Assembly (NCBI GenBank): GCA_965277405.1
Contig: OZ255726.1
Location: 1,120,001 to 1,184,000 of the forward strand
Length of the DNA stretch: 64,000 bases
Direction: 5' to 3'
From: Gammaproteobacteria bacterium
GTDB lineage: Bacteria > Pseudomonadota > Gammaproteobacteria > G965277405
The notes below the pieces were generated by a model. That model made no database searches. It was not told the origin of the DNA and saw only the letters and a program-made list of their open reading frames with translations. A program made the translations under genes and the position numbers. Shown here piece by piece: positions 19,755 through 29,835 of the stretch; positions within the stretch are counted from its first letter, which is position 1; the number at the start of each line of letters is the position of its first letter.

Positions 19755-20933
19755 ATGGCAGTATCGATACCAGCTTTTCCAGAGTTCTACACACATGAGT
19801 TTCGTACAGTTGTGGCAGCAACGCATGTGCGGTATGCCAATCGTGACGATATGGTTATGATTGAATTACCCGATACTGCAACGATTGCTGGGGTATTTAC
19901 GCTTAACGCATTTGCCGCGGCACCTGTTAAGATATGTCGCAATCATATGCAGCGAGCAACAGCAAAATACCTCATCGTCAACTCTGGTAATGCGAATGCT
20001 GCCACAGGCGCCCAAGGGCTTGTCGCTGCGCAGGAGATTTTACAGCACTATGCCATTATGCTTGGATGTCATATTGAGCAAATCCTGCCGTTCTCTACAG
20101 GTGTGATTGGTGAGCAGTTGCCTATTGAGAAACTCAAACGTGGGTTTTCGTTGCCTATCGATTGGCGGCATAATGCTTGGCTACGCGCGACGCAGGCGAT
20201 GATGACGACTGATACCCAAGCCAAAGCCGTATATTTACGCGATGGTGGTGTATATATTGCGGGAATTATAAAAGGGTCTGGCATGATTGAGCCACATATG
20301 GCAACCATGTTGGGGTTTTTATTTACAAATATGACCGTAAATCAAGCAGATCTGCAGCAATTGCTGACGGAGGTTGTCGATGTTACTTTTCATTGTTTGA
20401 CAATAGACAGTGATACATCAACAAATGATAGTGTGATGCTTAGTGCAAGCAATACACAGCACATCAGTATGTCAAGGTTTTCCGTATTGCTCGAGCGTGC
20501 TTGTAGTCAATTGGCACAAATGGTGGCGCGAGATGGCGAAGGCGCGAGCAAGTTTATAACTGTGCAAGTATACGGTGAGGCACACCAGCAAGCTCGCAGT
20601 ATTGGCAAAGCAGTGGCGAATTCACCATTAGTAAAAACTGCGCTGTTTGCTAGCGACCCGAATTGGGGAAGAATTATTATGGCCGTTGGCAAAGCTGGTG
20701 TGAATATCGACCAACGCTTGGTAGATATTTGGATAAATAATGCCTGTGTTGTCACAGCTGGCATGCAGGCAGCAAGCTATAGTGAAGCTATCGGTCAAAA
20801 GTTGTTACAGCAAGAAGACATTACCATTGATATTTATATGCGAGGCAAAGGAACCCAGCCCCCGAGCGCGCGTATTTGGACATGCGATTTGTCTCATGAA
20901 TACGTACGGATAAATGCTGAGTACCGCAGCTAG
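19755..20933 (+). CDS. argJ: Bifunctional glutamate N-acetyltransferase / amino-acid acetyltransferase
   Basis: NSGNANAATG, STGVIG, MTTDT, KGSGMIEPHMATML, DTSTND, RDGEGA, TCDLSHEYVRINAEYRS. Confidence 0.96.
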   Translation: MAVSIPAFPEFYTHEFRTVVAATHVRYANRDDMVMIELPDTATIAGVFTLNAFAAAPVKICRNHMQRATAKYLIVNSGNANAATGAQGLVAAQEILQHYAIMLGCHIEQILPFSTGVIGEQLPIEKLKRGFSLPIDWRHNAWLRATQAMMTTDTQAKAVYLRDGGVYIAGIIKGSGMIEPHMATMLGFLFTNMTVNQADLQQLLTEVVDVTFHCLTIDSDTSTNDSVMLSASNTQHISMSRFSVLLERACSQLAQMVARDGEGASKFITVQVYGEAHQQARSIGKAVANSPLVKTALFASDPNWGRIIMAVGKAGVNIDQRLVDIWINNACVVTAGMQAASYSEAIGQKLLQQEDITIDIYMRGKGTQPPSARIWTCDLSHEYVRINAEYRS

Positions 20934-20966
20934 TATGTTGCATAGCCTCAAGCGTGTTCTTTTCCC

Positions 20967-23543
20967 ATGAGCACATTCTCGCTGAGCAATCATACGCCGA
21001 TGATGCAGCAGTATTTGTCGATAAAAGCCGCGCACCCCGATACGCTGTTGTTGTATCGCATGGGCGATTTCTACGAGCTATTCTTTGAAGATGCACAACG
21101 TGCCGCTGATTTGCTTGGGATTACCTTAACCCATCGCGGCAAATCGAATGGCAAACCTATTCCGATGGCTGGCGTTCCGTTTCATGCTATCGATCGATAT
21201 TTAAGCACCCTAGTAAAACTCGGTGAAACAGTGGCAATTTGCGAGCAAATTGGTAGTCCTGGCAACAGCAAAGGCCCTGTTGAGCGTAAGGTTGTGCGCA
21301 TAATTACTCCAGGAACCTTGACTGACGAGAGTTTGTTAGAAGCGCACCAACGCAATGTTTTGGTTGCAATATATCCGTATGGTGACACGCAATCTGCTTG
21401 GGGTTTGGCGAGTATTGCGTTGAGTGAAGGGGTTATTTTTGTGATGCATACCAGTGATCTTGTCAATGAACTGGCACGTATTAAGCCTGTCGAAATCTTG
21501 TATCCAGAAGAAGCGAAAATTGATAGCAATTGGTACGCTGCATCATGGAAAAAACTGCACCAGTGGCATTTTGATGGAAATCAAGCCGTTGCTGAGCTAA
21601 GCAAACATTTCGGGGTTGCCGACTTGCATTCATTTGGGTGCTTGGAGGTGCCACAAGCATTGGTTGCATGCGGTGCGCTGTGGTTTTATATTGTTGATAC
21701 ACAACGCCACGAAATATCCCATATCCACGATATTGTTGTCGAACAAACTAATGCGTATGTTTTGCTCGATGCAGCAACGCGGCGTAACTTAGAAATTGAC
21801 GTGAATTTGCGCGGTGGCAGTGCAGCAACCTTGGTCGGCGTCGTTGATAAAACTGTAACAGGAATGGGTGCACGGCTATTACGCCAATGGCTGCACCAAC
21901 CATTACGAGATCAACAACAAGTAACTGCAAGACATCAGGCTGTAGGCGCATTGATAGCCCAACAATGGTCTGGAGATGTTCGTGCAGAAATGCGAAAATG
22001 TGGCGATATCGAGCGGATTTGTGCACGCCTTGCGTTGGCAACCATCCGTCCGCGTGACTTTTTAAAACTCGCTGAGTCGTTGGCTGTTTTACCCGAGTTG
22101 ATCGCAGTATTCGATGCATCACCTCCAGGCTTATTGGGCGATGTCATCAACCAAATTGATGTTTTGGAAAAATTAACGGTATTACTGCATTCAGCAATAG
22201 ATACGCATACACCAATGTTGTTGCGTGATGGTGGCGTGATCGCCACCGGGTATGACCGGGATTTGGACGGGTTGCGTAATCTGAGCGCAAATACCAATGA
22301 ATACCTTGCCAAATATGAATTGCGCGAAAAGCAGCGGACCGGCATCCAAACATTGAAGGTGGGCTATAATTCTGTGCATGGGTATTATATTGAAATTGGT
22401 AAGGCACAACAAGCAGCAATCCCAGATGATTATCGCCGGCGGCAGACACTAAAAAATTATGAGCGATACATCACTCCAGAGCTTAAGGAATATGAAGATA
22501 AGATTGTAGGTGCGAGTCAACGGGCGTTGCAACGCGAAAAAGAGCTGTATACCCAGCTGATTGAGCGCAGTTTATCAGATTTAACTGCGCTACAGAGCAA
22601 TGCGCGGGTGATCGCGGTGCTCGATGTTCTAGCAAGTTTTGCTGTATGTGCTGAAGAGAAACAATGGGCATGTCCAGAAATGACGGTTGCTGGACAGGTT
22701 ACTATTCGTCAAGGGCGCCACCCTGTAGTTGAAGCACAACTTGGCAAAACATTTGTAGCCAATGATTGCGTGTTACACCAGAAAGAAAAAATGTGGTTGA
22801 TTACTGGTCCCAATATGGGAGGAAAATCAACATTTATGCGGCAAGTGGCAGTGACTGTGCTGTTGGCATATTGTGGTTGTTGGGTTCCTGCTAGTTCAGC
22901 AACAATTGGTCCGATCGATAGAATCTTCACGCGGATAGGTGCGGCTGATGATTTGGCTGGTGGGCGTTCTACGTTCATGGTGGAAATGATTGAGTCAGCA
23001 GAGATTTTGCGTCATGCTACCCGCGATAGTTTAGTGTTGCTCGATGAAATTGGCCGCGGCACGAGTACCTTTGACGGGCTCGCGTTGGCATGGTCCATTG
23101 CTAGCCACATTGCCAACTCTATACAGGCGTATGCCTTATTTGCGACCCATTATTTTGAATTGACGCAATTGCCAACTATTGCCCCAACTGTAGTAAACAT
23201 GCACGTAGCGGCTAAAGAGCATAAAGATCAAATTATCTTTTTGTATCAATTACGCCAAGGACCAGCTGGGCAAAGTTACGGGCTGCAAGTCGCAAAACTG
23301 GCTGGTATTCCAGCCGTTGTCGTCAAAGAAGCCAAGCAGTACTTGCAAGTTTTGCAACAATCACAGCCAGCAAATGAAACGATGTCTACTGTAGATTATG
23401 TTGATGATACAGTAGCTGAACCGGCGGCAATTGCTGCGTTGATTGCTGAGCTGGCATTGACAAGTCCAGATACATTGACTCCAAAACAAGCACATGATTT
23501 GCTGTACACATTGCAACAGCGAGCACTGCGTTGTATTGAGTAA
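20967..23543 (+). CDS. mutS: DNA mismatch repair protein MutS
   Basis: [53 protein letters not shown]. Confidence 0.98.
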   Translation: MSTFSLSNHTPMMQQYLSIKAAHPDTLLLYRMGDFYELFFEDAQRAADLLGITLTHRGKSNGKPIPMAGVPFHAIDRYLSTLVKLGETVAICEQIGSPGNSKGPVERKVVRIITPGTLTDESLLEAHQRNVLVAIYPYGDTQSAWGLASIALSEGVIFVMHTSDLVNELARIKPVEILYPEEAKIDSNWYAASWKKLHQWHFDGNQAVAELSKHFGVADLHSFGCLEVPQALVACGALWFYIVDTQRHEISHIHDIVVEQTNAYVLLDAATRRNLEIDVNLRGGSAATLVGVVDKTVTGMGARLLRQWLHQPLRDQQQVTARHQAVGALIAQQWSGDVRAEMRKCGDIERICARLALATIRPRDFLKLAESLAVLPELIAVFDASPPGLLGDVINQIDVLEKLTVLLHSAIDTHTPMLLRDGGVIATGYDRDLDGLRNLSANTNEYLAKYELREKQRTGIQTLKVGYNSVHGYYIEIGKAQQAAIPDDYRRRQTLKNYERYITPELKEYEDKIVGASQRALQREKELYTQLIERSLSDLTALQSNARVIAVLDVLASFAVCAEEKQWACPEMTVAGQVTIRQGRHPVVEAQLGKTFVANDCVLHQKEKMWLITGPNMGGKSTFMRQVAVTVLLAYCGCWVPASSATIGPIDRIFTRIGAADDLAGGRSTFMVEMIESAEILRHATRDSLVLLDEIGRGTSTFDGLALAWSIASHIANSIQAYALFATHYFELTQLPTIAPTVVNMHVAAKEHKDQIIFLYQLRQGPAGQSYGLQVAKLAGIPAVVVKEAKQYLQVLQQSQPANETMSTVDYVDDTVAEPAAIAALIAELALTSPDTLTPKQAHDLLYTLQQRALRCIE

Positions 23544-23552
23544 AACTGTTAT

Positions 23553-23858
23553 GAACCCTCTGATTAATTCCATGATGGCCGAGACGAAAAAAAACGCTGA
23601 TGACACTTAAGCGCAGCACTTGATAATACTGGTGGTCTTGTGGGTGTTGTCAAGTACTGCAACGACGTTGGCGCAGCGTTTTTTCCCGGAGTTGTGTTGA
23701 ATATACTTTGGGTTTGCGGCAATTGCTTACGCTTGCTGTGTTGCATCCATTGGCGGATATGCTACAGCATGCGCCTGCGGAATGCTCGCGGTTTGCGCCT
23801 TGCGATCATCAGCAATTGCAGGCAAACTCGTTCCATCAGCGAGTTAACCAGAGCTCCC
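23553..23858 (+). mobile_element. IS5-type MITE, copy 4, with 4-bp target duplication TTAT
   Basis: TTAT|GAACCCTCTGATTAA ... TTAACCAGAGCTCCC|TTAT, between convergent mutS and pmbA. Confidence 0.9.
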
Positions 23859-25190
23859 TTATGCTCCTATAGTAAAACCATGAATCAGTATTGAACCTGT
23901 ATGGATGGAGCTACGAGTGTCGATATCATTACCATGTGCTTGGATGCCCGCAAAGATATCAATCAAATTTGCAGCCAAGGTGATCTCTTCGACAGCATGC
24001 GTGATTTTCCCTGCGGAAATCCATTTGCCACTCGCGCCAAAAGAAATATCACCAGTGAGCGTGTTGGCACCTTGACCCATGATATCCGTACATAAAAAAC
24101 CTGTGTGACATTGCTCCACGAGGGCGTCGAAGTTTGTTATGTGGTCACTTTCAATTGAAATAACACCAATATAACCGCCGTTACCAGTTGGTTTGGTGTT
24201 GCATTTGCGTGCATACACGATGTTAAATAAAAACTGTTTGAGGATGCCGTTTTCAATAATAGTTTTGTCTTGCGTGGCGATGCCATCTTGATCGTACCAT
24301 GCGCTCCCGCTGATGCCACGCTGGTGGCATTGTTCGTGAACCTGTAGCCATGGTGGAAATATTTGTTTGCCAATTTTATCGATTAAAAAACTAGATTGTT
24401 TGAATAGATGTTTGCCATGACAGGCGCTCAGTAGTTGCCGCCAAACCATCTGTGCTACATCAGCATGCAGCAGCACAGGGTATGTGCCAGATGTTATTGT
24501 ATGCGGTTGCAGTTTATCTAGCGCCTTATGCGCCGCATTGGTTGCGATAGCACTGCTGAATGGCATTTTAGTAACGTCGTGGTGCGTCACATAGTCGTAG
24601 GCAATTTGCTTTTTACCCGCGCTTGCAGCAATAACTGCACAAGAGGCTGAATATTGTGTTTGTTGCGTTTGTTGTGCCCAGCCGTGGCTGTTAAAAATCA
24701 TTGTGGACTCGTTAGACTGGCTAAATGTACATTGCTCAACGCTAATACGATTATCGACGTTTGTAGCTGTACGTTCTAGTTGATTGCAGTAATCAATAGC
24801 TTGTGATGTAGACAAAGACGCAGGGTGATACAAGTCAAAGGAATTGTTGTGTATATCACGTTGTTTGGCTAAATACGTAAGTTCAGGTAACGCATAGTGG
24901 TGGTCTGCTTGGTTAAGTTCGGCTTGGCGGATGGTTTGCAGCAACAACGAATGCAGCGTATCAGCATCAATTTGATTGCTGTGTGAAACACTATGTCGAC
25001 CATCACTAATAACCGTAACCGCAACAGCATATTCGTCAAAATCTTCCAGCTGTTCCAGTTGCAGATTTCTGGTTTCAATGTTTGTTCCACATTCATGGGA
25101 AATCACGATTTGGCATTGAACACCATGTTCATTGGCAAGAGCGATAGTTTTCTCTGAGTTACTAATGATAGTTGCAATAGTATGATGCAT
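23859..25190 (-). CDS. pmbA: PmbA/TldE family protein
   Basis: DLYHP, SSFLIDKIGKQIFP, YDQDGIAT, PTGNGG, MGQGANTLTGDISFGASG, EEITLAANL. Confidence 0.88.
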   Translation of the reverse strand: MHHTIATIISNSEKTIALANEHGVQCQIVISHECGTNIETRNLQLEQLEDFDEYAVAVTVISDGRHSVSHSNQIDADTLHSLLLQTIRQAELNQADHHYALPELTYLAKQRDIHNNSFDLYHPASLSTSQAIDYCNQLERTATNVDNRISVEQCTFSQSNESTMIFNSHGWAQQTQQTQYSASCAVIAASAGKKQIAYDYVTHHDVTKMPFSSAIATNAAHKALDKLQPHTITSGTYPVLLHADVAQMVWRQLLSACHGKHLFKQSSFLIDKIGKQIFPPWLQVHEQCHQRGISGSAWYDQDGIATQDKTIIENGILKQFLFNIVYARKCNTKPTGNGGYIGVISIESDHITNFDALVEQCHTGFLCTDIMGQGANTLTGDISFGASGKWISAGKITHAVEEITLAANLIDIFAGIQAHGNDIDTRSSIHTGSILIHGFTIGA

Positions 25191-25522
25191 GGTGATTTGC
25201 GAAGTCTAGTGGGGAAATAAGTTTGCGGATAAATTGTACTGATTGTAAGGTGAATTCACAAGCAGGTATTGGGCTGCGTTGTTTGCAACTAAACAACCTT
25301 CACGTTTACTACTCCTAACAACCGCTGTAACCCATTGTAATTTATTTATAAATAGGATATAAAAGAGAGTAAGAGTTGCGCTATGGACGAATTGGCAATT
25401 ATATGTTACTCAGCAACTGCCAATAAATAACATAATAATGTAACTATCGCATTACTAAATATAACAAGACGATAACTATATATACGACCATCGCATTTTA
25501 GGACCACTACGAATCTTGTTTC

Positions 25523-26227
25523 ATGCGACTAAACTATAAATTTCAACATGCCGTGCTGCATGGCATAGCTGATAAATTACGTAATGTTCGACTGTTTGCT
25601 ATAATAAGCGCAGGTTTTTTGGGATTGGTTTCAGGTTGTTCATTGCTTGGTCTTGCTGATGGTGCGGAAAATACGACGCCTGCTGACTCGTTGGCTCAAT
25701 TATTAGGTAATCAGCTCGGCCAACAAAAAACCAATCAACGGGTTTCAGCTGCTTCTATATATGGTGAGAAAGGCATTATTTTATATGATCCTTTAGGGAA
25801 TGGTACGGATTTCGTGTTGGACCCATCTGGGCGGATTGTGAAATCTGATTTAGACGCGGCAGAAACAGGATTAGAAATTAACGATTTGGAACGACGTTTT
25901 TTTCGTTCCAACAAGCATCTGATTGATGCCGAAAGTTTATTTTATTCTGGTTTGTACGAAGAAGCACTCAACGAAACAAAAGCATCAATTGAGCTTACTC
26001 CGCGTTCAGCAAAAGCTTATGCAATAAAAGGTTCATTGGAATATAAGCTTGGGCGGCTAGAGCGTGCTAGAGCAGCTTGGATGGTTGCATTAAAGCTTGA
26101 CCCAAAGATGAAAAGCGTGTCACGCGCCCTCTATTTAACTTCTATTCCTGATGCAAATCAAAGAATAGCTGCAACAAGTGGCAGCACGGATAGCGCAGTA
26201 GTAGTTGGTGGGGGCACAGAACAGTAA
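25523..26227 (+). CDS. TPR-repeat putative lipoprotein
   Basis: Hydrophobic stretch ending in lipobox LVSGC; TPR-like helices AESLFYSGLYEEAL..IELTP..AKAYAIKGSLEYKLG..ARAAWMVALKLDP. Confidence 0.7.
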   Translation: MRLNYKFQHAVLHGIADKLRNVRLFAIISAGFLGLVSGCSLLGLADGAENTTPADSLAQLLGNQLGQQKTNQRVSAASIYGEKGIILYDPLGNGTDFVLDPSGRIVKSDLDAAETGLEINDLERRFFRSNKHLIDAESLFYSGLYEEALNETKASIELTPRSAKAYAIKGSLEYKLGRLERARAAWMVALKLDPKMKSVSRALYLTSIPDANQRIAATSGSTDSAVVVGGGTEQ

Positions 26228-26332
26228 TAATAATGAAAAATAATATTGCAGAGCATCCGTACATCTTATTCGGAAAGAGTCCGTGAATCTCATGCTTGAT
26301 CAACTCCGTTTTTTATTATGGGCTGTAATATA

Positions 26333-28330
26333 ATGCCTCAAAATATACTGGCAATATTCATTGGCGTAGTGGTAATGCTCTCAGGTCAAGCATGGGCTGT
26401 AATTATTGATGTGGAAAATCCAGCTGTTGACGAGGTGTTTTTTGAAAAAGAAATGGAAAGCAGGCTTTCTCGTGATATTCAAGCATATCTTGGACATGAT
26501 AGGTTTATTTTAGGTATTGATTTTAAGCTTTCTTCGTTTGCAGGCTTCGGGAGGCAAGGTAGCGATGCTGGTGATAGCGATGCTGGTGATAGAGTGGTTG
26601 TTCGTGAAATAACAACGTCATTGCCTGGTTTACCTGGTGCAGAAGTAAAATTTCAAAAAGAATTAACGGGTGAAGATATTAATAATTTGCGGGAAAATCT
26701 GCGCTTAGATGAAAGCTCGCTGGGGTCTAGAAGTCCGCTAAGCTCTGTGCTACAGCCAAGCACACAAAGTGCTAATGCGCTTGCAGGAACTGGAACTGAA
26801 GTGTTTCTTGTGTTAGATACTACGGTGACAACGGCGCAGGAAAACTTTATCCGCGATGTAATGTCTAGAAAGTTGAGTATAGATCTAAACAAAGGTGATA
26901 GTATTCAAATCGTTCGATCTACTTTTGAACGTGAAAGTAATAGTTCAAATACGAGCAATCAACAGCCTAATCAATTTGGAGAAAATCCTGCGCAGCAACC
27001 GCCATTATCTGGAAATCAAGTCCCCGTTGCAGGTGCAGGCGCACCAACTACTGACTCGGGAAATGTAAGTGATTCAGTAACTGATCCAACTTTGTTGCAA
27101 AAAATCAATGAACTTGAACAGGGGTTGAAGAAAGATTTTATTGAGAAAAATTTAGTTTGGATTTTACTCGGTGGCTTTGGTTTTTTATTGTTTTTTAGTC
27201 TGATATTGTTTTTGGCATCACGCAAACCGGCGCAATCAATGATGCCAGCGTATCCGCCGATGGCGCCGCCGCAAAGTCCTAGAACAGGCGCTAGTAATGC
27301 CGAAAAAAATAATGTTGATCAAATTGAGATTGAGGGAATGCGTCATCGTGCGGTAGTGGCAGAAACTAAACGTGAGATTGCAGCGATAGGTTTAGCATCG
27401 CCCAATATTGTAAAACAAGAAATGAACAATCTGTGGGCACAAAACCGCATGGATACGATTGCTGCTGTATATACTGGTCTTGGAAATTCAATTTATGAGT
27501 CATTGTTTGGTGGACTGTCTGCATCTCAATCTTCAGAAATTAGTGCGTATTTATCAGAACGTGAAATCACATCGACACAATTAGAGGCACAAGTTAAAGA
27601 TTTTTATTCTCGATCATTACGTGCTGCGAACGACCCTGATGGTAAGCATAAGTCGCATTCATTTGCATTCTTAAATAAAATGAGAATAGGGTCGCTGCAA
27701 TTCTTGTTAAAAAATGAAAAACCACGGGTCAAAGCCTTGGTTATTTCACAGCTTGAAAATGAAAAGGCAACGACTGTATTAAATAGTTTTGAGGATAAAG
27801 ATCGAAGTAAAGTTGTTCATGAATTAGCTCAATTTGAAGACTTTCCGTATGAGACATTTAATGAAGTTGCGCAATTATTGGTTAGAAAAGCTAAAAAAAT
27901 TCCTGCTGTTAATAATGTTGGGGCAAATGGTATAAATATTTTAATTAATTTATTGGATAATATGGATAGCAGTGATGAAAGTCGCTTAATTGAAGAATTG
28001 CAAAATATGGATCCTGAGTTACACGATAAGCTTAAAACATTGTATTTTACTTTTAATGATCTAAGTAAAGCGCCGCTGCGTGTTATGGGTGAAGCGCTAC
28101 TAGAAGTTGATAAAAGCACTATCGCTATAGCGTTAATGCAAGCATCTGATGTTATTAGAAAACGTGTTTTAAGCAGTATGCCTAAGCGTGTTTCCCAGAC
28201 TATTGAGGTTGAAATAAAAGAAATACAAGACACTATTAAAAACGAACAGATTCAGTCTGCTCGAAAAGTGTTGTTACGCAGTATGCGTGCTTTAGTACGC
28301 AATGGTAAAATTGATATGAGTAAAATCTAA
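26333..28330 (+). CDS. Membrane-anchored FliG M/C-domain protein with N-terminal exported FliF(RBM3)-like domain
   Basis: Signal peptide ending AWA; EKEMESRLSRDIQAYLG and FIRDVMSRKLSIDLNKGDSIQIVRSTF resemble FliF ring motifs; TM LVWILLGGFGFLLFFSLILFLA; FliG-like FAFLNK..LLKNEKPRVKALVISQL, YFTFNDL, EVDKSTIAIAL, MPKRVSQTIEVE, MRALVRNGKI. Confidence 0.75.
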   Translation: MPQNILAIFIGVVVMLSGQAWAVIIDVENPAVDEVFFEKEMESRLSRDIQAYLGHDRFILGIDFKLSSFAGFGRQGSDAGDSDAGDRVVVREITTSLPGLPGAEVKFQKELTGEDINNLRENLRLDESSLGSRSPLSSVLQPSTQSANALAGTGTEVFLVLDTTVTTAQENFIRDVMSRKLSIDLNKGDSIQIVRSTFERESNSSNTSNQQPNQFGENPAQQPPLSGNQVPVAGAGAPTTDSGNVSDSVTDPTLLQKINELEQGLKKDFIEKNLVWILLGGFGFLLFFSLILFLASRKPAQSMMPAYPPMAPPQSPRTGASNAEKNNVDQIEIEGMRHRAVVAETKREIAAIGLASPNIVKQEMNNLWAQNRMDTIAAVYTGLGNSIYESLFGGLSASQSSEISAYLSEREITSTQLEAQVKDFYSRSLRAANDPDGKHKSHSFAFLNKMRIGSLQFLLKNEKPRVKALVISQLENEKATTVLNSFEDKDRSKVVHELAQFEDFPYETFNEVAQLLVRKAKKIPAVNNVGANGINILINLLDNMDSSDESRLIEELQNMDPELHDKLKTLYFTFNDLSKAPLRVMGEALLEVDKSTIAIALMQASDVIRKRVLSSMPKRVSQTIEVEIKEIQDTIKNEQIQSARKVLLRSMRALVRNGKIDMSKI

Positions 28331-28341
28331 GACTATTTTGC

Positions 28342-29133
28342 ATGCCATCCTTCGGAACAATTGGTGGCTTTATAGCAGGGATTGTACTGTTCACAACTGC
28401 TGTTAGCCAAGCCACTGATGATTATATTATATTCCTAAGCGTCCCCAGCGTACTTTTAGTCGTTGGCGGTACGATTTCCGCAACATTTTTAAGTTTTGAG
28501 GTTAGGGATATTTTTAGTGCGTTTTTTGGTATGTTTTTTTTGTTTTTTAAGAAAAATAATGAGAAAGGTTTTAGAAAAGATATAAAGATGCTATTAGATT
28601 TTGCTAAAATACAACGAACAGAAGGAATGCTGCAAATTGAAATGCAACTTACAAGAACGCAACGTAAAGATGTTTTTATTAGCTTTGCTGTTGATTTACT
28701 ATTGAGTAATTATCGTCCGGCTGAGATACGGTCAATGTTAACGGATATGGTATTAGCAAATTTTGATAAAGGTAACCTCAAGGCCTCTGTCATGCGTACA
28801 ATGGGTGCGTATTCGCCTGCTTTTGGAATGATAGGTACGTTAATTGGTCTTATTATTATTCTCAGTGGATTCGGTGGAGATATATCACAACTAGGCGCTG
28901 GGCTTTCACTGGCGCTTATTTCCACCTTATATGGCGTTTTATTAGCCAATTTCACGTATTATCCTGCCGCAGAAAAATTCGCTAGAAATACTGATTTGCA
29001 ACATTTTCGTGAAAAAATTTTATTAGAAGGCTTTGTGTTGATTGCTGCAAGAAAAGGAGCGTTGGCTATACAGGATAAATTAAATAGCTTGTTAACGCCT
29101 GAATTACGCTACAAAATTAACAGTAGTCAATAA
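28342..29133 (+). CDS. motA: MotA/PomA-family stator A subunit
   Basis: PSVLLVVGGTISA, RTEGMLQIE, SPAFGMIGTLIGLI, LALISTLYGVLLAN..YP. Confidence 0.88.
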   Translation: MPSFGTIGGFIAGIVLFTTAVSQATDDYIIFLSVPSVLLVVGGTISATFLSFEVRDIFSAFFGMFFLFFKKNNEKGFRKDIKMLLDFAKIQRTEGMLQIEMQLTRTQRKDVFISFAVDLLLSNYRPAEIRSMLTDMVLANFDKGNLKASVMRTMGAYSPAFGMIGTLIGLIIILSGFGGDISQLGAGLSLALISTLYGVLLANFTYYPAAEKFARNTDLQHFREKILLEGFVLIAARKGALAIQDKLNSLLTPELRYKINSSQ

Positions 29134-29136
29134 GTC

Positions 29137-29835
29137 ATGGATGTGTATCCAGAAGGGGGGGTAGCTACAAGACTACAATCAAACAGCAGTGGAAAAGATG
29201 CTAGGAGGAATGAGCCTTGGCTGTTAACGTATTCAGACACGATTACTTTGCTTTTTACTTTTGTGCTGATAATTTTAAAAATTTCTTCTATTGATGTGAA
29301 TAAGGCAGAAGAATTACGTGAAGGTTTATCTCAAACATTTTTAAAAAAAGATATTTCAACTGCATTTCAATCATTTTCAAAAGAAATTGAGCAAGTAACA
29401 AACATTAATCATGATTTACAGGTTGATATCACCAGTAGATACGTGACTATAGAGTTGACAAACTCAAGTATATACGATGTTGGTAGCGCTGATATTGTGA
29501 ATAAAGAGATTAAAACTATACAGTCAGTAGTTGATATTCTAATACAAGACCCATACGCAAGGTATACATTAGAAGTTGAAGGACATACTGATGATGTTCC
29601 AATTAAAAACTTGGAGTTTCAGTCCAATTGGGAACTTTCAACTGCTCGAGCAACAAACATTGTTAGATATTTAGAAGAAAATGGTGTAAGTAGAGAACGG
29701 ATGAAAGCAATTGGATACGCAGATTCTAAACCATTGCCTGAGACCTTGGATATTAATGGCAATATTGTTCCTGAAAAAAGACCGTTAAATCGTAGAATTT
29801 CAATCCGTATTTCACGCTATAAAATTAATGACTAA
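29137..29835 (+). CDS. motB: MotB/PomB-family stator B subunit
   Basis: WLLTYSDTITLL (conserved Asp), VEGHTDDVPI, SNWELSTARA, GYADSKP, NRRISI. Confidence 0.88.
   Translation: MDVYPEGGVATRLQSNSSGKDARRNEPWLLTYSDTITLLFTFVLIILKISSIDVNKAEELREGLSQTFLKKDISTAFQSFSKEIEQVTNINHDLQVDITSRYVTIELTNSSIYDVGSADIVNKEIKTIQSVVDILIQDPYARYTLEVEGHTDDVPIKNLEFQSNWELSTARATNIVRYLEENGVSRERMKAIGYADSKPLPETLDINGNIVPEKRPLNRRISIRISRYKIND

Noticed and set aside
26560-26592. 15-bp duplication (SDAGD x2) in the FliF/FliG fusion, and 9-bp repeats in pal (about 16058-16089)
   Set aside because: In-frame, low-copy slippage in linker regions with no evidence of a switching role.
28342-29835. Zorya ZorAB or TolQR/ExbBD assignment for the stator pair
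   Set aside because: The A subunit is short with no long ZorA tail, there are no zorC/D/E genes, the B subunit has an OmpA-like domain and a MotB-type TM motif, and the neighbour is FliG-like.
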